This document shows positions 11,401-21,630 of a stretch of 64,000 nt of DNA, in pieces; within the stretch, counting starts at the first letter, position 1; every line of letters begins with the position of its first letter. Location: positions 107,729-171,728 of IMG/VR virus record IMGVR_UViG_3300025889_000073, one strand, 5' to 3'. Origin of the DNA: a virus. The notes under the pieces were generated by a model. It was not told the origin of the DNA and did no database searches. It saw only the letters and a program-made list of their open reading frames with translations. The position numbers were made by a program, and so were the translations under genes.

Positions 11401-13787
11401 GTGATGATTTTGTAATTTATTATCCACCAGATACAACAACAATTTCCGTAACAGCAAACAATTTAAATGAAACATTTACATATAGTGGTTCACACGGATA
11501 TAGTGATGGTGATATAGTTAAGATTAGTTGGACTGGTACTGCAATTACAGGAATAAATCCTGATGTTTTCTATTATCTAAATCAATCATCAACCACTTTG
11601 CCGTTGCAAGAATTCACATTACACCCAACATATAGTGATGCTATATCAGGAACAAATGTTATTACTTTTTCTTCAAACGGGTCCGGAGTTCAAAGTACCA
11701 AATATTCCGATGTTGGTACAAGATATGTTGATAAAATTGATTTTGTTAATGGCCAAACGCAAGTGTCATTGGAAAATGAAATTGTTGATTCTGCAACAGA
11801 TGTAGAATATGCGATTCCTTCTGGTTTATTAATTCGTGCAGATGGATTTGCATTACATAGACCATATGATGGCGGTGTTGAATTGATTCCGTCATCTAAT
11901 CCTGACGGAAATATGGTAAGACAAACAAGAAAATATTTCCGTTATCAATCTGGTAAAGGCATACAAGTTAGTTTAGCTGTTAATTTTAGTCCGACTACTC
12001 CAATTGATACTTTAACTAGAAGTGGAACAACAGCAACGATTACAACAAGATACCCACATCGACTTACTGCTGGTTTAAATGTTGTCGTTTCTGGTGCAAC
12101 TACTGCTAGTGCAAATAATTATTGGAATGGTGAATTTACAATTGACACAACTACAGATTATGATTTTACGTTTACTTTACCTGGAACTCCTGATGAAACT
12201 ACTGCTGGAGGTTTAATTGAATTTTATGTAAAATCTTGGCAAAATAGTTTGTTGCGTTGTGGTTTATTTGATGACCAAAATGGATTGTTCTATGAGTATG
12301 ATGGACAAGCTTTGTATGCGGTAAGACGAAGTTCAACAACACAAATTAGTGGAACTTCTTCTGTAACATATAAGAGTTCTTTAATTGTAGGAACAAATAC
12401 AAAATATTCTTCACAACTATCAGCAGGTGAAAGAATCGTAATTAAAGGACAAACATATTTAATTACACAAATTGATAGTGATACTCAAATGTATGTTTTA
12501 CCAAGTTATACTGGTTCAACATTAGGTGGTGCAATCATCACAAAGATTATTGACACTAGAGTACCACAGTCACAATGGAATATTGACAAGGCTGATGGAA
12601 CAGGACCAACAGGATTCTCATTAGATATACATAAGATTCAAATGGCTTATATTGATTATTCTTGGTACGGTGCAGGTAAAGTCAGATTTGGATTTAAAGA
12701 CCAAGACGGTATAGCAAGATATTTCCATCAGTTTGTACACGGAAATAAACAAACTGAAGCTTATATGCGTTCAGGTAATTTACCTTCCAGGTATGAGTTA
12801 TTGAATATTGGAGAACCAACATATGTTCCGGCTTTAGCCCATTGGGGAACATCTGTTATTATGGATGGTAGATTCGATGACGATAAGGCATACGTTTTTA
12901 CCGCTTCGAGTACTCCGTTTAACTTATCTGGTTCTGTCACACTTGATTTAACTGCAAGAGTAGAAACAACAAGTTATTATTATAATATATCCGGTAATCA
13001 ATTAAAAACTATTGGATACGCATTAGATACAACATCAAACACTTTGTTCAATGGTATTTCTGATGGCTTGGTAATAAGTGGTACTGGATTACAAGCTGGA
13101 ACAAAGACTAGCAATCCATATAATTCAACTATCACTCCATATCAGCCGTATTTGGGGGCAATTTATTCTTCAATAGGTTATAGTTCCAGAACCACCAGAA
13201 ACTTAATTGTTTTGGATAGACAACCTACCGGCACGGCAGCTAATGGCACATATACAATAACATATCCGACAACACAAACCGTTACGGGTGTTATACCATT
13301 GATTTCAATTCGATTGGCTCCTAGTGTTGATACCGGTTCACCAGGATTATTAGGTGAAAGAGAAATTATTAACCGGATGCAATTGATTTTATCGAGTGTT
13401 GGTATTCTCTCAACACACACAGTTGAAGTTCAATTGGTATTGAATGGAACTTTAAGTACTAATACTTGGCAACGAGTTAACAGTCCAAGTTTGAGTCAGT
13501 TGTTGTATCATAGTAATAAAGATACAATTTATGGTGGTGCTATTGCATATTCATTCCGAGCGCAAGGTGGTACAGGAACAACAGGTCGTACACCTTCGTT
13601 AACGCAACAAGACCTCGGTGAAGTTGCAACATTAGGTAATTCAATACTTGGTGGTAACGGTACTTTCCCAGATGGTCCAGACGTTTTGACTGTAACTGCT
13701 AGATTGATTGAAGATGCCTCGACAGTTTCCAGTACAAATCCATTTGAAATTACCGGCCGTATTTCTTGGTCAGAGAGTCAGGCATAA
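8430..13787 (+). CDS. large virion structural protein (1785 aa)
   Basis: KIRVSTPENLIDTDFEYGLQSTKWE, HRPYDGGV, RQTRKYFRYQSGKG, YSWYGAGKVRFG, AYMRSGNLP and C-terminal FPDGPD..W.ESQA. Repeated HG(F/L)..GD...Y beta modules. Confidence 0.75.
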   Translation: MAKQLIHDYTFTPSANTVVINSVVKEERLLLITNVNSGIPIYLFSDPAKKYNSVTHDYEAETTTVVLEYNCTAMTDSDPLQIFIESDAATMEMSDTFLDAVSKIRVSTPENLIDTDFEYGLQSTKWETLERVKNIPTFFSRTGDDSLVITGMTTISGSDVVTVSTEVEHNFAKGYPVLVVGSKNITCDGGFVVTNILNLNSFQYKAKGIQNFTGSILDTYTQVFPANKYQGTEFKLDNINSIVTDEAAGGSKLTVTTAFPTAFANNTSFFLTNSVSTLEERIDAANAVVFDNFDSLSISSYTSNVSGSVVGSAKGLIDVDDYIAREAFYFDMADVTFSGSPNYTLTFPYKHGFADKTYVVWNPGAGETLYGTDSGYWNTNFGGGQMWAGYGYVLRRVDDYTFWLERGWNNTNRIAVTQPTIPSYNNSTTRSCFMRGYWLEYHGYFYSNYSIFNGYYEWQVSGQASKDPALTVGGSNATPCAFYNINPYFTHQYTWSGMNISGMGTTNGYISGQYLYNLRDPYDNYYRYSPFIYYPYGYIRQGSYLQNGFYQYRYYYTWSAASGSSPVTFGAGSPYFIMVPLVLNTNRNTFYLENHGLSTDDQVKMSYSVSGLSPIQNRVSIVTNNTEYPIEYVDTNRFRLKSDTGTILQLQSPGSNGTFTFTSNVANTLSDTIYIQNSLLSDNTAVIYNANGNSDLGGLSNNSTYYVFQKQNNRFRLTSTEGGLVGSPLTVYHSSSNYSFDYIYTGTHGKTSANNGDLAIYTATTPIGGLKNGNYYYVRYYDTTRFTLHRSYAGAVNNTDKINLAYPFTGTGQLQFTSVVDFSAAGTGEHLLTATEFGAADGVYKITNDVSSNTFELLTNSTIKSRDYQLAISTLGMIPEFNAIRVPGHGFTQKTLITYETTGTAINGLNNAASYYTYVLGPDWFSLANTVSDIDTGNIVQFDTSGASGTHRIYTNSVSGEKAGKGTITVSATEKVITGTNTNFTSVFTSGDDFVIYYPPDTTTISVTANNLNETFTYSGSHGYSDGDIVKISWTGTAITGINPDVFYYLNQSSTTLPLQEFTLHPTYSDAISGTNVITFSSNGSGVQSTKYSDVGTRYVDKIDFVNGQTQVSLENEIVDSATDVEYAIPSGLLIRADGFALHRPYDGGVELIPSSNPDGNMVRQTRKYFRYQSGKGIQVSLAVNFSPTTPIDTLTRSGTTATITTRYPHRLTAGLNVVVSGATTASANNYWNGEFTIDTTTDYDFTFTLPGTPDETTAGGLIEFYVKSWQNSLLRCGLFDDQNGLFYEYDGQALYAVRRSSTTQISGTSSVTYKSSLIVGTNTKYSSQLSAGERIVIKGQTYLITQIDSDTQMYVLPSYTGSTLGGAIITKIIDTRVPQSQWNIDKADGTGPTGFSLDIHKIQMAYIDYSWYGAGKVRFGFKDQDGIARYFHQFVHGNKQTEAYMRSGNLPSRYELLNIGEPTYVPALAHWGTSVIMDGRFDDDKAYVFTASSTPFNLSGSVTLDLTARVETTSYYYNISGNQLKTIGYALDTTSNTLFNGISDGLVISGTGLQAGTKTSNPYNSTITPYQPYLGAIYSSIGYSSRTTRNLIVLDRQPTGTAANGTYTITYPTTQTVTGVIPLISIRLAPSVDTGSPGLLGEREIINRMQLILSSVGILSTHTVEVQLVLNGTLSTNTWQRVNSPSLSQLLYHSNKDTIYGGAIAYSFRAQGGTGTTGRTPSLTQQDLGEVATLGNSILGGNGTFPDGPDVLTVTARLIEDASTVSSTNPFEITGRISWSESQA

Positions 13788-15529
13788 TGGCATATCAAAA
13801 AGTTTCACCCGAATATATCGAAACACAAGGCTCTTTAGCTGGAGATATATTAACTTCGAACGGTTCGAATACATATTGGACAACACCTGATTATGTTTCG
13901 TCTTCAGCTGGAGGATGGATTTTAGGTGATATATTCATCAATAGTGGAACAGATTCGAATTCAAATAGTACAGGAGCTTTAAAAGTTGCTGGTGGTATTG
14001 GTGTTAGTGGAAATGTATTTGCCAATTCAGTTGAAGTTTTAGAACAAATTGATTTAACACCCAACGACCATAGAGATTATAAAGAAGGTCGTTTATTTTA
14101 TGACTCGGAACATAAGACATTAAATTATTATAATGATGTTAATGCTGGATTTCCTATTGAACTTGGTGAAAATGTTTTAATACGAATTTTTAATTCAACA
14201 AATGCTCAAATAAACATAGGCGCTCCTGTAACACTTTCAGGACTCACTACAGAAGGTGTACCAAAAGGAGTTTTAGCTGATGCTTCCACACCAACACTAT
14301 ATAACTTTTCTGGATTAGCTGGTCATAATATCGCTAACGGAACATACGGATATGTTGTTGCAGCCGGTATTGTTAGAGGCATGGACACTTCATCCTTAAC
14401 TGAAGGTGGTCGAGCATTCGTTGGCTTTGCAACACCAGGTACTATTGTACAACCATCACCAAGTTATCCAAATTATCCTATGTGTATTGGTTATGTTGCA
14501 AAATCTGATGCAGTAAATGGTATATTTGTTGTTGAGCAACAGAATCACTCCGTAAATTCTTTTAGAGTTTTAAATGACGCTAGAGTTGATGGCACACTAA
14601 CAGCTGCAAATTTAGAAATTTTAGGAACACAAACTACTGTTGCTGTCAATAATCTTGAAGTTGTAGATACTTTTATTTATTTGGGCGGTGGTGATTCAAT
14701 CACATCACCTAATGTTACTGGTGTTAATGGTTTAAATGACTTATCTTTTAAAGGACATTACGAAGGTTCTGGTACAATACAATTTTATGTTGAAATAGAT
14801 GGAACATCACCCGATACATTTAAATGGTCTTATAATGATTTTGTTACTACAGAAGCATCAGCACAAACAATAACAGGTCTTACTCAAACACTATCAAACG
14901 GCATTTCAGTTTTGTTTGAAGCAACTTCAGGACATACGTTGGGTGATAAATGGTGGGGTGAAGGTTCTCCAATCAACACAGATATTGGTACAGTAGGCAA
15001 TAGAAACGATAGTGCTATTGGAGGTCCTGGTTATACTCACATTGGTTGGTTCTTTGATGTAACAGATAATAAATTTAAATTTTTTGATAGATATGATGAC
15101 GAACCAGAAGGCACAATTGACCCAACATCAGGCACAGCAAATTGGCATTTAGCTAATTTGGAATTTGGAACAACAAATACAATAACTTCAAATACTACAA
15201 CATCCAATAGTCGAGTTTTAAACACAGGAACATTAACAGCAACAGATACAAGTTATTTCACATCTGGTGCCAATTCAACATCAAATATTACAGGTGCAGT
15301 TGTTGTAACTGGAGGATTAGGTGTATCAGGAAATGTCTATTGTGCAGGAGAATTGGTTATAGAAGGTTCGGCAAATGGTGATATATCCGGAGTAGATAAT
15401 ATATATGCTAACAATGCTTATTTTAGTCTTGCTAACACAACAACCTTAGCATTTTCTGATGGTTCACAACAAACTTCTGCTGGACTTAGCAAAGGCTTTT
15501 CAGTAGCATTTACTTTTTTAATATTTTAA
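13787..15529 (+). CDS. tail-fibre/virion protein
   Basis: ATG at 13787 overlaps the previous TAA. Two copies of S.STGA..V.GG.GVSGNV fibre motif; hydrophobic C-terminus. Confidence 0.65.
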   Translation: MAYQKVSPEYIETQGSLAGDILTSNGSNTYWTTPDYVSSSAGGWILGDIFINSGTDSNSNSTGALKVAGGIGVSGNVFANSVEVLEQIDLTPNDHRDYKEGRLFYDSEHKTLNYYNDVNAGFPIELGENVLIRIFNSTNAQINIGAPVTLSGLTTEGVPKGVLADASTPTLYNFSGLAGHNIANGTYGYVVAAGIVRGMDTSSLTEGGRAFVGFATPGTIVQPSPSYPNYPMCIGYVAKSDAVNGIFVVEQQNHSVNSFRVLNDARVDGTLTAANLEILGTQTTVAVNNLEVVDTFIYLGGGDSITSPNVTGVNGLNDLSFKGHYEGSGTIQFYVEIDGTSPDTFKWSYNDFVTTEASAQTITGLTQTLSNGISVLFEATSGHTLGDKWWGEGSPINTDIGTVGNRNDSAIGGPGYTHIGWFFDVTDNKFKFFDRYDDEPEGTIDPTSGTANWHLANLEFGTTNTITSNTTTSNSRVLNTGTLTATDTSYFTSGANSTSNITGAVVVTGGLGVSGNVYCAGELVIEGSANGDISGVDNIYANNAYFSLANTTTLAFSDGSQQTSAGLSKGFSVAFTFLIF

Positions 15530-15550
15530 ATTATAGATTAAGAGAAAAAT

Positions 15551-15910
15551 ATGGCAAATCCAAATTTACTTAACATGACTGGAATGTACGGTGAAACTGC
15601 CGTAGCACAACTTACAACAGGCACAACAAGTTTGGTGACAAATGCTTCAGCATCTGGTACATTGGTTAAGATAAACAGTTTAATTGTTTCCAATGTGGAT
15701 GGAACAAATGCAGCAGACGTAAACGCATGGATATTAAGAAGTGCTGTTGCTTACAATATTGCTTCAACAATTTCTGTTCCGGCCGATGCAACTCTTGTTT
15801 TAATTTCAAAAGACACTTCAATTTATTTACAAGAAAACGACACTTTGCAATTGTCTGCTGGTACGTCTGGTGACTTAGAAGTTGTTTGTAGTTATGAAGT
15901 TATATCATAA
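15551..15910 (+). CDS. small conserved virion protein
   Basis: MANPN...KINSLIVSNVDGTNAAD...ISVPADATLV..SYE pattern, frequent beside fibre genes. Confidence 0.6.
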   Translation: MANPNLLNMTGMYGETAVAQLTTGTTSLVTNASASGTLVKINSLIVSNVDGTNAADVNAWILRSAVAYNIASTISVPADATLVLISKDTSIYLQENDTLQLSAGTSGDLEVVCSYEVIS

Positions 15911-15921
15911 GGTAATTAACC

Positions 15922-17061
15922 ATGGCAGGTTATTATACCTATAATGGAGGCCTAATAGGTACAGGTCAAATATCAGAAGTTGCAGGTGTTCATGATTTAA
16001 GAAGAAATTTACTTACACCACCAGGTGCTTTTTATACATTTTCTACCCACACATTTACTACTGCTGGAAATGATACGAGTAGAAATGGACCAACTTTAAG
16101 TGAGGTACAAACATCTTATAGTAGTGAAATATGGACTTCAGATAGTAGTTTTTTGAATGTGTATTCAGGAGTACAACTTTGGAAAGTACCCGCAACAGCA
16201 AATTACGACATAACAGCAGCTGGAGCACGGGGTGGTAGTGGTATAAATGGTACTTCCTATACTTCTGCTGGTAGTGGTAGAATAGTTAGTGGCAGAGTTT
16301 CTTTAATAGCAGGCGATGTTATAGCAATTATCGTTGGAGCTATTGGTAATGAAAGAGGTGGCGGCGGCGGAAGTTTTGTTTGGTATTGGGGAAATCCCAT
16401 AAGTTCTGGTCCAGGTACTCAAAATTTAATTATAGCTGCTGGCGGCGGAGGAGGAGGAGGCGCTTGGCCATCATCAGGAAATTGGGCTGATGCTCCGCAA
16501 TCAGAATCAGCAGTATCTTGGTTTGCATTAACTCCGACAACTTATGTAACATATAACTCACCTCCAACTAATGGCGGTTCTGGTGAACAAAGAGACAATA
16601 CTGTTAATTATTGGGATGGCTGTCCTGGCGCAGGATGGAACGAAGACGGAGTAGTACAGACAACTGCGCCAACAGCGTATTATACTACATGGGGAGAAAC
16701 AGCTGATACTTCTAATAGTACTATTATGGGAGCGCTATCACCAAAATCACCAGTTTCGCCTGGAAGAGGTGGAATAGCTTGGTTTAATAGTGCTGGAGGA
16801 AACCCCGATGGAAGTGGCGCAGGTGGATTTGGTGGAGGAGGAACTATGGGAGGAGACAATGCATCCGCCTCTGGAGTTGGCGGCGGTGGCGGAGGTTATA
16901 GTGGCGGATGTCAAGGCGGCAACAATGGCGCCAGCAGCGCCGGCGGCCGTGCTCAAGGAGGCGGCGCCGGCAGTTACTTAAATTCATCTCCTTACCTAAC
17001 TAATAAAACTTGGGGGTCTACTAATAGTGGTGCGGGTTACGTTACAATTACAAAAGTCTGA
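15922..17061 (+). CDS. glycine-rich (polyglycine-bundle-type) virion/fibre-tip protein
   Basis: YTFSTHTFT...GPTL N-terminus, GVQLWKVPAT, IIAAGGGGGGG, GGFGGGG, and C-terminal GAGYVTITK. Confidence 0.7.
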   Translation: MAGYYTYNGGLIGTGQISEVAGVHDLRRNLLTPPGAFYTFSTHTFTTAGNDTSRNGPTLSEVQTSYSSEIWTSDSSFLNVYSGVQLWKVPATANYDITAAGARGGSGINGTSYTSAGSGRIVSGRVSLIAGDVIAIIVGAIGNERGGGGGSFVWYWGNPISSGPGTQNLIIAAGGGGGGGAWPSSGNWADAPQSESAVSWFALTPTTYVTYNSPPTNGGSGEQRDNTVNYWDGCPGAGWNEDGVVQTTAPTAYYTTWGETADTSNSTIMGALSPKSPVSPGRGGIAWFNSAGGNPDGSGAGGFGGGGTMGGDNASASGVGGGGGGYSGGCQGGNNGASSAGGRAQGGGAGSYLNSSPYLTNKTWGSTNSGAGYVTITKV

Positions 17062-17069
17062 TAATTAAA

Positions 17070-19112
17070 ATGAAAAGAAATAGTAATTTTATAACTTCAC
17101 AAAAATTAGATGTTACTAAAACATTTTATTCTGGTATACACGACACATTTGATAATTATAATTTTAGAAAAGATGATTCATGGCCAGAACCTAGAAAAAT
17201 AACAAGTGTAAATAATGCTACAGATAGTTATTCTTCAGCTGGAAATTATACCAGTAGTAGCAATTATGGTTTTCAAGGCCGAACTTTTCGATGGCAAGTT
17301 TATTTTACTGGTTTTATTCCAGGAGATTATATATGGTTAGTAACAAATGACGCACAGAATTCTTTTACCGCCTCTGATTTTACAGACAATTCACTCACAT
17401 CAAAGATTCAATTAAGTTCTACAGATATAACAAATGGCTATGTGTATTTTTATAAAACTTTAAGTTCAACTACTGTAGATGGTGTACAAGAAGGTTTTCG
17501 TGTATATTGGTATTATGGTGATGTGTCTACTTATTTTGGAGATTTCTTGTGGTATAGTGGTATTTTTTACATTCGAACTCCATCGGCCACTTTTGATACA
17601 AGCACTTATAGTTTAAATGAAGGTAGTACTGTAACACCTACAATATACACTAACTATGTAGCAGATAACTTGGTATTGTATTGGCGAGTTTTATATGGTT
17701 CTGGATTAACAGCAGAAGATTTTACAACTCAACCTTCGTTAACACAGTTGCAACTTGGTAGCAGCGGTTCTTATGGATTTAATCAATCTTGGTACACTCT
17801 TGACGTATCTCCTGGTTACTATACACCTAATCAAACATGGACAGCAAATTCTGACTTTTTAACAGAAGGGACAGAAACAATAACTATGTATTTGAGATGG
17901 TTAACTTCATCCGGACCAATATTACACACAGCAACTATTAACGTAAATGACACCTCTCAAAATGTACTTGCAACGATTTCTGAAAGTACAACTTCAATAG
18001 ATGAAGGTAGTAATGTTGTATTTACAATAGATACTTCTTCTTCAGCAACAACAGTTCCAGACGGAACAGTTTTAAATTGGGATTTAGAAAACATATCAAC
18101 TACGACTGGATATTGGAACAACACCGATATTATAGAAGGATTTGCAAATACAGTTTCTATTGTAAGTAACACAGCAACAGTAACAATAACAGCAAATACT
18201 GATGCATTTACAGAAGGTTCGGAATCTTTTAGACTTAGATTAAAAGATACTTACGGAACATACATAGCAAACAGTAATACTGTCACAATCAATGACACAT
18301 CGACTGGAACAGCAGAAACACTACAAGTTGTTGCTGGCCAAGCTGAATATACAACTCCTGGATCATATTCTTGGACAGCACCAAACGGTGTAACAAATGT
18401 TTCCGTAGTATGCATAGGTGCTGGGGCTGCTGGGGTCAACTCTGCTGGTGGCGCTCGAGGCGGCGGTGGCGGCGGGCTGGGTTGGAAAAATAATATACCA
18501 GTCGTACCCGGTAATTCTTATACCGTTGAAGTAGGCGCAGGCACTAGCTCAACCGGCACAGCGACTACTGCTGGGAGTAGTTATTTTATAAGCCTTGCAA
18601 CTGTTGCTGGTTATGGTGGAACAAGTACATCAGGTGCAGCAGCTACTTATGTTGGTGATGGCGGTGGTAATGGTGGTATAGGTGGAGTAGGAGCTTCTGG
18701 CTATGAGTCTGGCGGTGGTGGTGCTGGTGGATATAGCGGCGCTGGCGGCAATGGCGGTTGGTACCCATCGCCGGCGGCCACGGACGGTTCAGGTGGCGGT
18801 GGCGGCGGCGGAGGATATGGTAATCTTACAGGCGGCGGCGGTGGAGGAACAGGAATATACGGCGAAGGAACGAATGGCTCAGCAGGCGCTAGCACAACAG
18901 GCTCTTATGGTACCGGCGGCGGCGGAGGTTCAGGTGGTGTAGATGGTAACACCGGTGCTAGCCCTGTTTACGGAGGGAATTATGGTGGTGGGTCGTATGG
19001 TAGATTTGGTAACGGCGGTACGTCAGTTGGAGCGGGAGGAGCTGTTCGTATCATATGGGGTGACGGACTTATTAGTAGGTCCTTTCCTTCAACCAATACT
19101 GGAGACGTTTAA
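17070..19112 (+). CDS. virion protein with Calx-beta/Ig-like repeats and a C-terminal glycine-rich domain
   Basis: Repeats of SxNEG...D.FTEGxE.F..TINDTS, then YTTPGSYSWTAP.GVTNVSVVCIG, GGGLGWKNNIPV and GAVRIIWG...RSFPSTNTGD. Confidence 0.7.
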   Translation: MKRNSNFITSQKLDVTKTFYSGIHDTFDNYNFRKDDSWPEPRKITSVNNATDSYSSAGNYTSSSNYGFQGRTFRWQVYFTGFIPGDYIWLVTNDAQNSFTASDFTDNSLTSKIQLSSTDITNGYVYFYKTLSSTTVDGVQEGFRVYWYYGDVSTYFGDFLWYSGIFYIRTPSATFDTSTYSLNEGSTVTPTIYTNYVADNLVLYWRVLYGSGLTAEDFTTQPSLTQLQLGSSGSYGFNQSWYTLDVSPGYYTPNQTWTANSDFLTEGTETITMYLRWLTSSGPILHTATINVNDTSQNVLATISESTTSIDEGSNVVFTIDTSSSATTVPDGTVLNWDLENISTTTGYWNNTDIIEGFANTVSIVSNTATVTITANTDAFTEGSESFRLRLKDTYGTYIANSNTVTINDTSTGTAETLQVVAGQAEYTTPGSYSWTAPNGVTNVSVVCIGAGAAGVNSAGGARGGGGGGLGWKNNIPVVPGNSYTVEVGAGTSSTGTATTAGSSYFISLATVAGYGGTSTSGAAATYVGDGGGNGGIGGVGASGYESGGGGAGGYSGAGGNGGWYPSPAATDGSGGGGGGGGYGNLTGGGGGGTGIYGEGTNGSAGASTTGSYGTGGGGGSGGVDGNTGASPVYGGNYGGGSYGRFGNGGTSVGAGGAVRIIWGDGLISRSFPSTNTGDV

Positions 19113-19141
19113 TATATAATATATAAACATTTGGAGTTATT

Positions 19142-20911
19142 ATGCACGACCTTGATTTGATGTTACAATACCAATTTGTTGGTAAAAATAAAGAAGCCCG
19201 TGAAATATCGGACAGAATGGAAGAATTAGGACCGAAAAGAGTTACTGATTCTTTTGGTAATAATACAAGTGATATTTGGTTGAGACACAAATATAATAGA
19301 GGATGGTTTTTATTACAAGAAGGTAATTACCAAGAAGGTTCACAATGTTTAGACGCAGGAAGATTTTTGGGTGTTTATGGTTCATCTCCACTACCAACGA
19401 AATCTCCAATTTTTAATCCTAAAGAAAACAATTTAAAAGATAAAAAAATTGTCATCAATCTTGAAGGTGGTTTTGGTGATGAAATTATACACGTTAGATT
19501 TGCAAAATCGTACAAGGATGCTGGCGCAAGTCAAGTGATTGTTGTTTGTTCTTCAGGTTTAAAAGATGTATTTTCAAGAATTGATGGTGTAGACCAAGTT
19601 GTTTCTAGAAAAGAATTTGATGATACGATTGAACATGATTATTGGATTCCAGGTTTCAGTTCGGGTTGGGTAGCTGGTCACACTTTTGAAAATTTTCCAA
19701 ATCAACAATACATTTATCCACTTGATGAATATGTGAATAAATGGGAAAATAAAATGCCCAAAAATGAAAAGGTGAAAATTGGAATAAGATGGGCAGGTAA
19801 TCCTAAATTTGAACATCAACAATTCAGAAAGTTTCCAGTTGATTTTATAACCAATTTAAAAAAATATAATGAACTAGAACTCTATAGTTTTCAAAAAGAC
19901 CACAATACAATTGATTTACCGGATTCAATTGTAGATTTACAACATGAACTTGAAACTTGGGATGATACAATTGGTGCATTAAAACAATTAGATTTATTAA
20001 TTACATCTTGTACATCTTTGGCACATTTAGCTGGTGCATTGGGTATAAAAACTTGGGTTGTTGTCCCTATTTTACCTTATCATCCTTGGGCATGGAAATC
20101 ACCCGAATCAACAAAATCTCCTTATTATCAAACAGTAAAAATTTTTAGACAAGAAGAATATAGGAAATGGAACACAACTTGGCAAAAATTATATTCTGAA
20201 CTAGAAGAAGAATACAGTTTAAAAAATGTAGATTTACCCAATTGTGATAAAGAATACAAAAAAATAAATCTTGGATGTGGTTTAGAGCAATATCAGGATT
20301 GTATCAATGTTGATAAAGAAGAAATTCTACAACCAGATGTTGTATTTGATTTAAATGAAAAAAAATGGCCTTGGAAAGACGATGAGTTTTCTTTTATTTC
20401 GGCAAAAAATATTTTACAGTATTTAAATAATCCAGAAGATACTATAAAAGAAATGTATAGAATAAGTGAAAATGGAGCTTTATGGGAAATTAAAGTGCCT
20501 GATCCAGCTGCTTATACTTCAGATAGTGAAATCAATTCCACAAGAAAATTTGGTTTAGAATATTTTGAAAATTTTGACCAAAGAAAGTTAATGGATAATA
20601 AAATAGTAAAAGGTTATATAGATAATCTATTTGCATATAAAGAAAAAATTGATTTCGAAATTGTTGATGTTTCTTTTGAATATCATCCAGAAATTATAAG
20701 AAAAATGAATTCTGGAGTTATTCAGTTGGAACACGTTATGGAAATGCAAAGAACTTTGAGAAATATTAATTTATATACAACAATTTTAATACAAGTAAAT
20801 AAGATACCTAGATATAAAGATGAAGAATTTGAAAATAAACTTAAAGATATAATTCAAAAAAAAGGTAAAAATCTTCAGTTTGGTATTGGAGTTAATAAAA
20901 TTTTAAATTAA
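19142..20911 (+). CDS. fusion of a TPR-like/GT9-like (GT-B) glycosyltransferase and a class I SAM methyltransferase-like domain
   Basis: EGGFGDEIIHVRF, IGIRWAGNP and LDLLITSCTSLAHLAGALG are GT9-like. KINLGCG...NVD...PDVVFDLN...WPW..KEMYRI..GA.WEIKVP is methyltransferase-11-like. Confidence 0.75.
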   Translation: MHDLDLMLQYQFVGKNKEAREISDRMEELGPKRVTDSFGNNTSDIWLRHKYNRGWFLLQEGNYQEGSQCLDAGRFLGVYGSSPLPTKSPIFNPKENNLKDKKIVINLEGGFGDEIIHVRFAKSYKDAGASQVIVVCSSGLKDVFSRIDGVDQVVSRKEFDDTIEHDYWIPGFSSGWVAGHTFENFPNQQYIYPLDEYVNKWENKMPKNEKVKIGIRWAGNPKFEHQQFRKFPVDFITNLKKYNELELYSFQKDHNTIDLPDSIVDLQHELETWDDTIGALKQLDLLITSCTSLAHLAGALGIKTWVVVPILPYHPWAWKSPESTKSPYYQTVKIFRQEEYRKWNTTWQKLYSELEEEYSLKNVDLPNCDKEYKKINLGCGLEQYQDCINVDKEEILQPDVVFDLNEKKWPWKDDEFSFISAKNILQYLNNPEDTIKEMYRISENGALWEIKVPDPAAYTSDSEINSTRKFGLEYFENFDQRKLMDNKIVKGYIDNLFAYKEKIDFEIVDVSFEYHPEIIRKMNSGVIQLEHVMEMQRTLRNINLYTTILIQVNKIPRYKDEEFENKLKDIIQKKGKNLQFGIGVNKILN

Positions 20912-20913
20912 TT

Positions 20914-21615
20914 ATGGAAACATTATTTTATTCTTACGATAGAGAAATTGAAAACTCTTATATTATAACCTTAAAAGGTAACGAAAATTCAGAAAGATTA
21001 TCGAAACAATGTCAAGAATCTTGTGATAAAGTTGGCCAAAGATATAAAATATGGGAAGCATATAATGGAATAGAAAACAAAATTGTTGTTCCAGAACATA
21101 TGAAAAATAGTGATTTTATGAAACTATTAAAAGTTTCTGACCACTATCTTACACGGGGTGAAGTTGCTTGTGCATTGAGTCATATTAGTCTTTGGGTTCA
21201 TTGTGTTAAACTTGATAGGCCAATTGTAATATTTGAACACGATGCTGTTTTATTAAAAGCTTTTGAACACCACAATTTTTATAATTCTATTGTGTTTTTA
21301 GGTAGTGCAGAGTGGGTAGAAAAAAACTGGCCAGTGACTCCTATTCCACCACACGGTACTGATGGCCATAATAAACATTTTATTTGTAGAGCTCATGCAT
21401 ATTCCATTGACCCACCAATTGCAAAAAATTTATTATCTCATGTTTTAAAAATGGGTATTTGTGACCCACTAGATATAATGATGAGGGCAGATTTGTTTAA
21501 TATAAGTCACGAAGGAGTTTATGCTTATGACAAATCTGAACCAAAAAATACAACGATTATGTCTAGACCTAGTGAAGGTAGAACGACCAAAAGAAATGAC
21601 CGCCTGATGTATTGA
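20914..21615 (+). CDS. glycosyltransferase family 25-like protein
   Basis: GEVACALSHISLW and IVIFEHDA motifs, plus AHAYSI.P..AK.LL. Confidence 0.75.
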   Translation: METLFYSYDREIENSYIITLKGNENSERLSKQCQESCDKVGQRYKIWEAYNGIENKIVVPEHMKNSDFMKLLKVSDHYLTRGEVACALSHISLWVHCVKLDRPIVIFEHDAVLLKAFEHHNFYNSIVFLGSAEWVEKNWPVTPIPPHGTDGHNKHFICRAHAYSIDPPIAKNLLSHVLKMGICDPLDIMMRADLFNISHEGVYAYDKSEPKNTTIMSRPSEGRTTKRNDRLMY

Positions 21616-21630
21616 CGTTTTTGGTAAAGC

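Noticed and set aside
5583-13787. Diversity-generating retroelement suggested by the Mtd-N-like domains and the Tyr-rich segment
   Set aside because: No reverse transcriptase and no template/variable repeat pair is visible in this window. Mtd-N is a generic fibre attachment domain.
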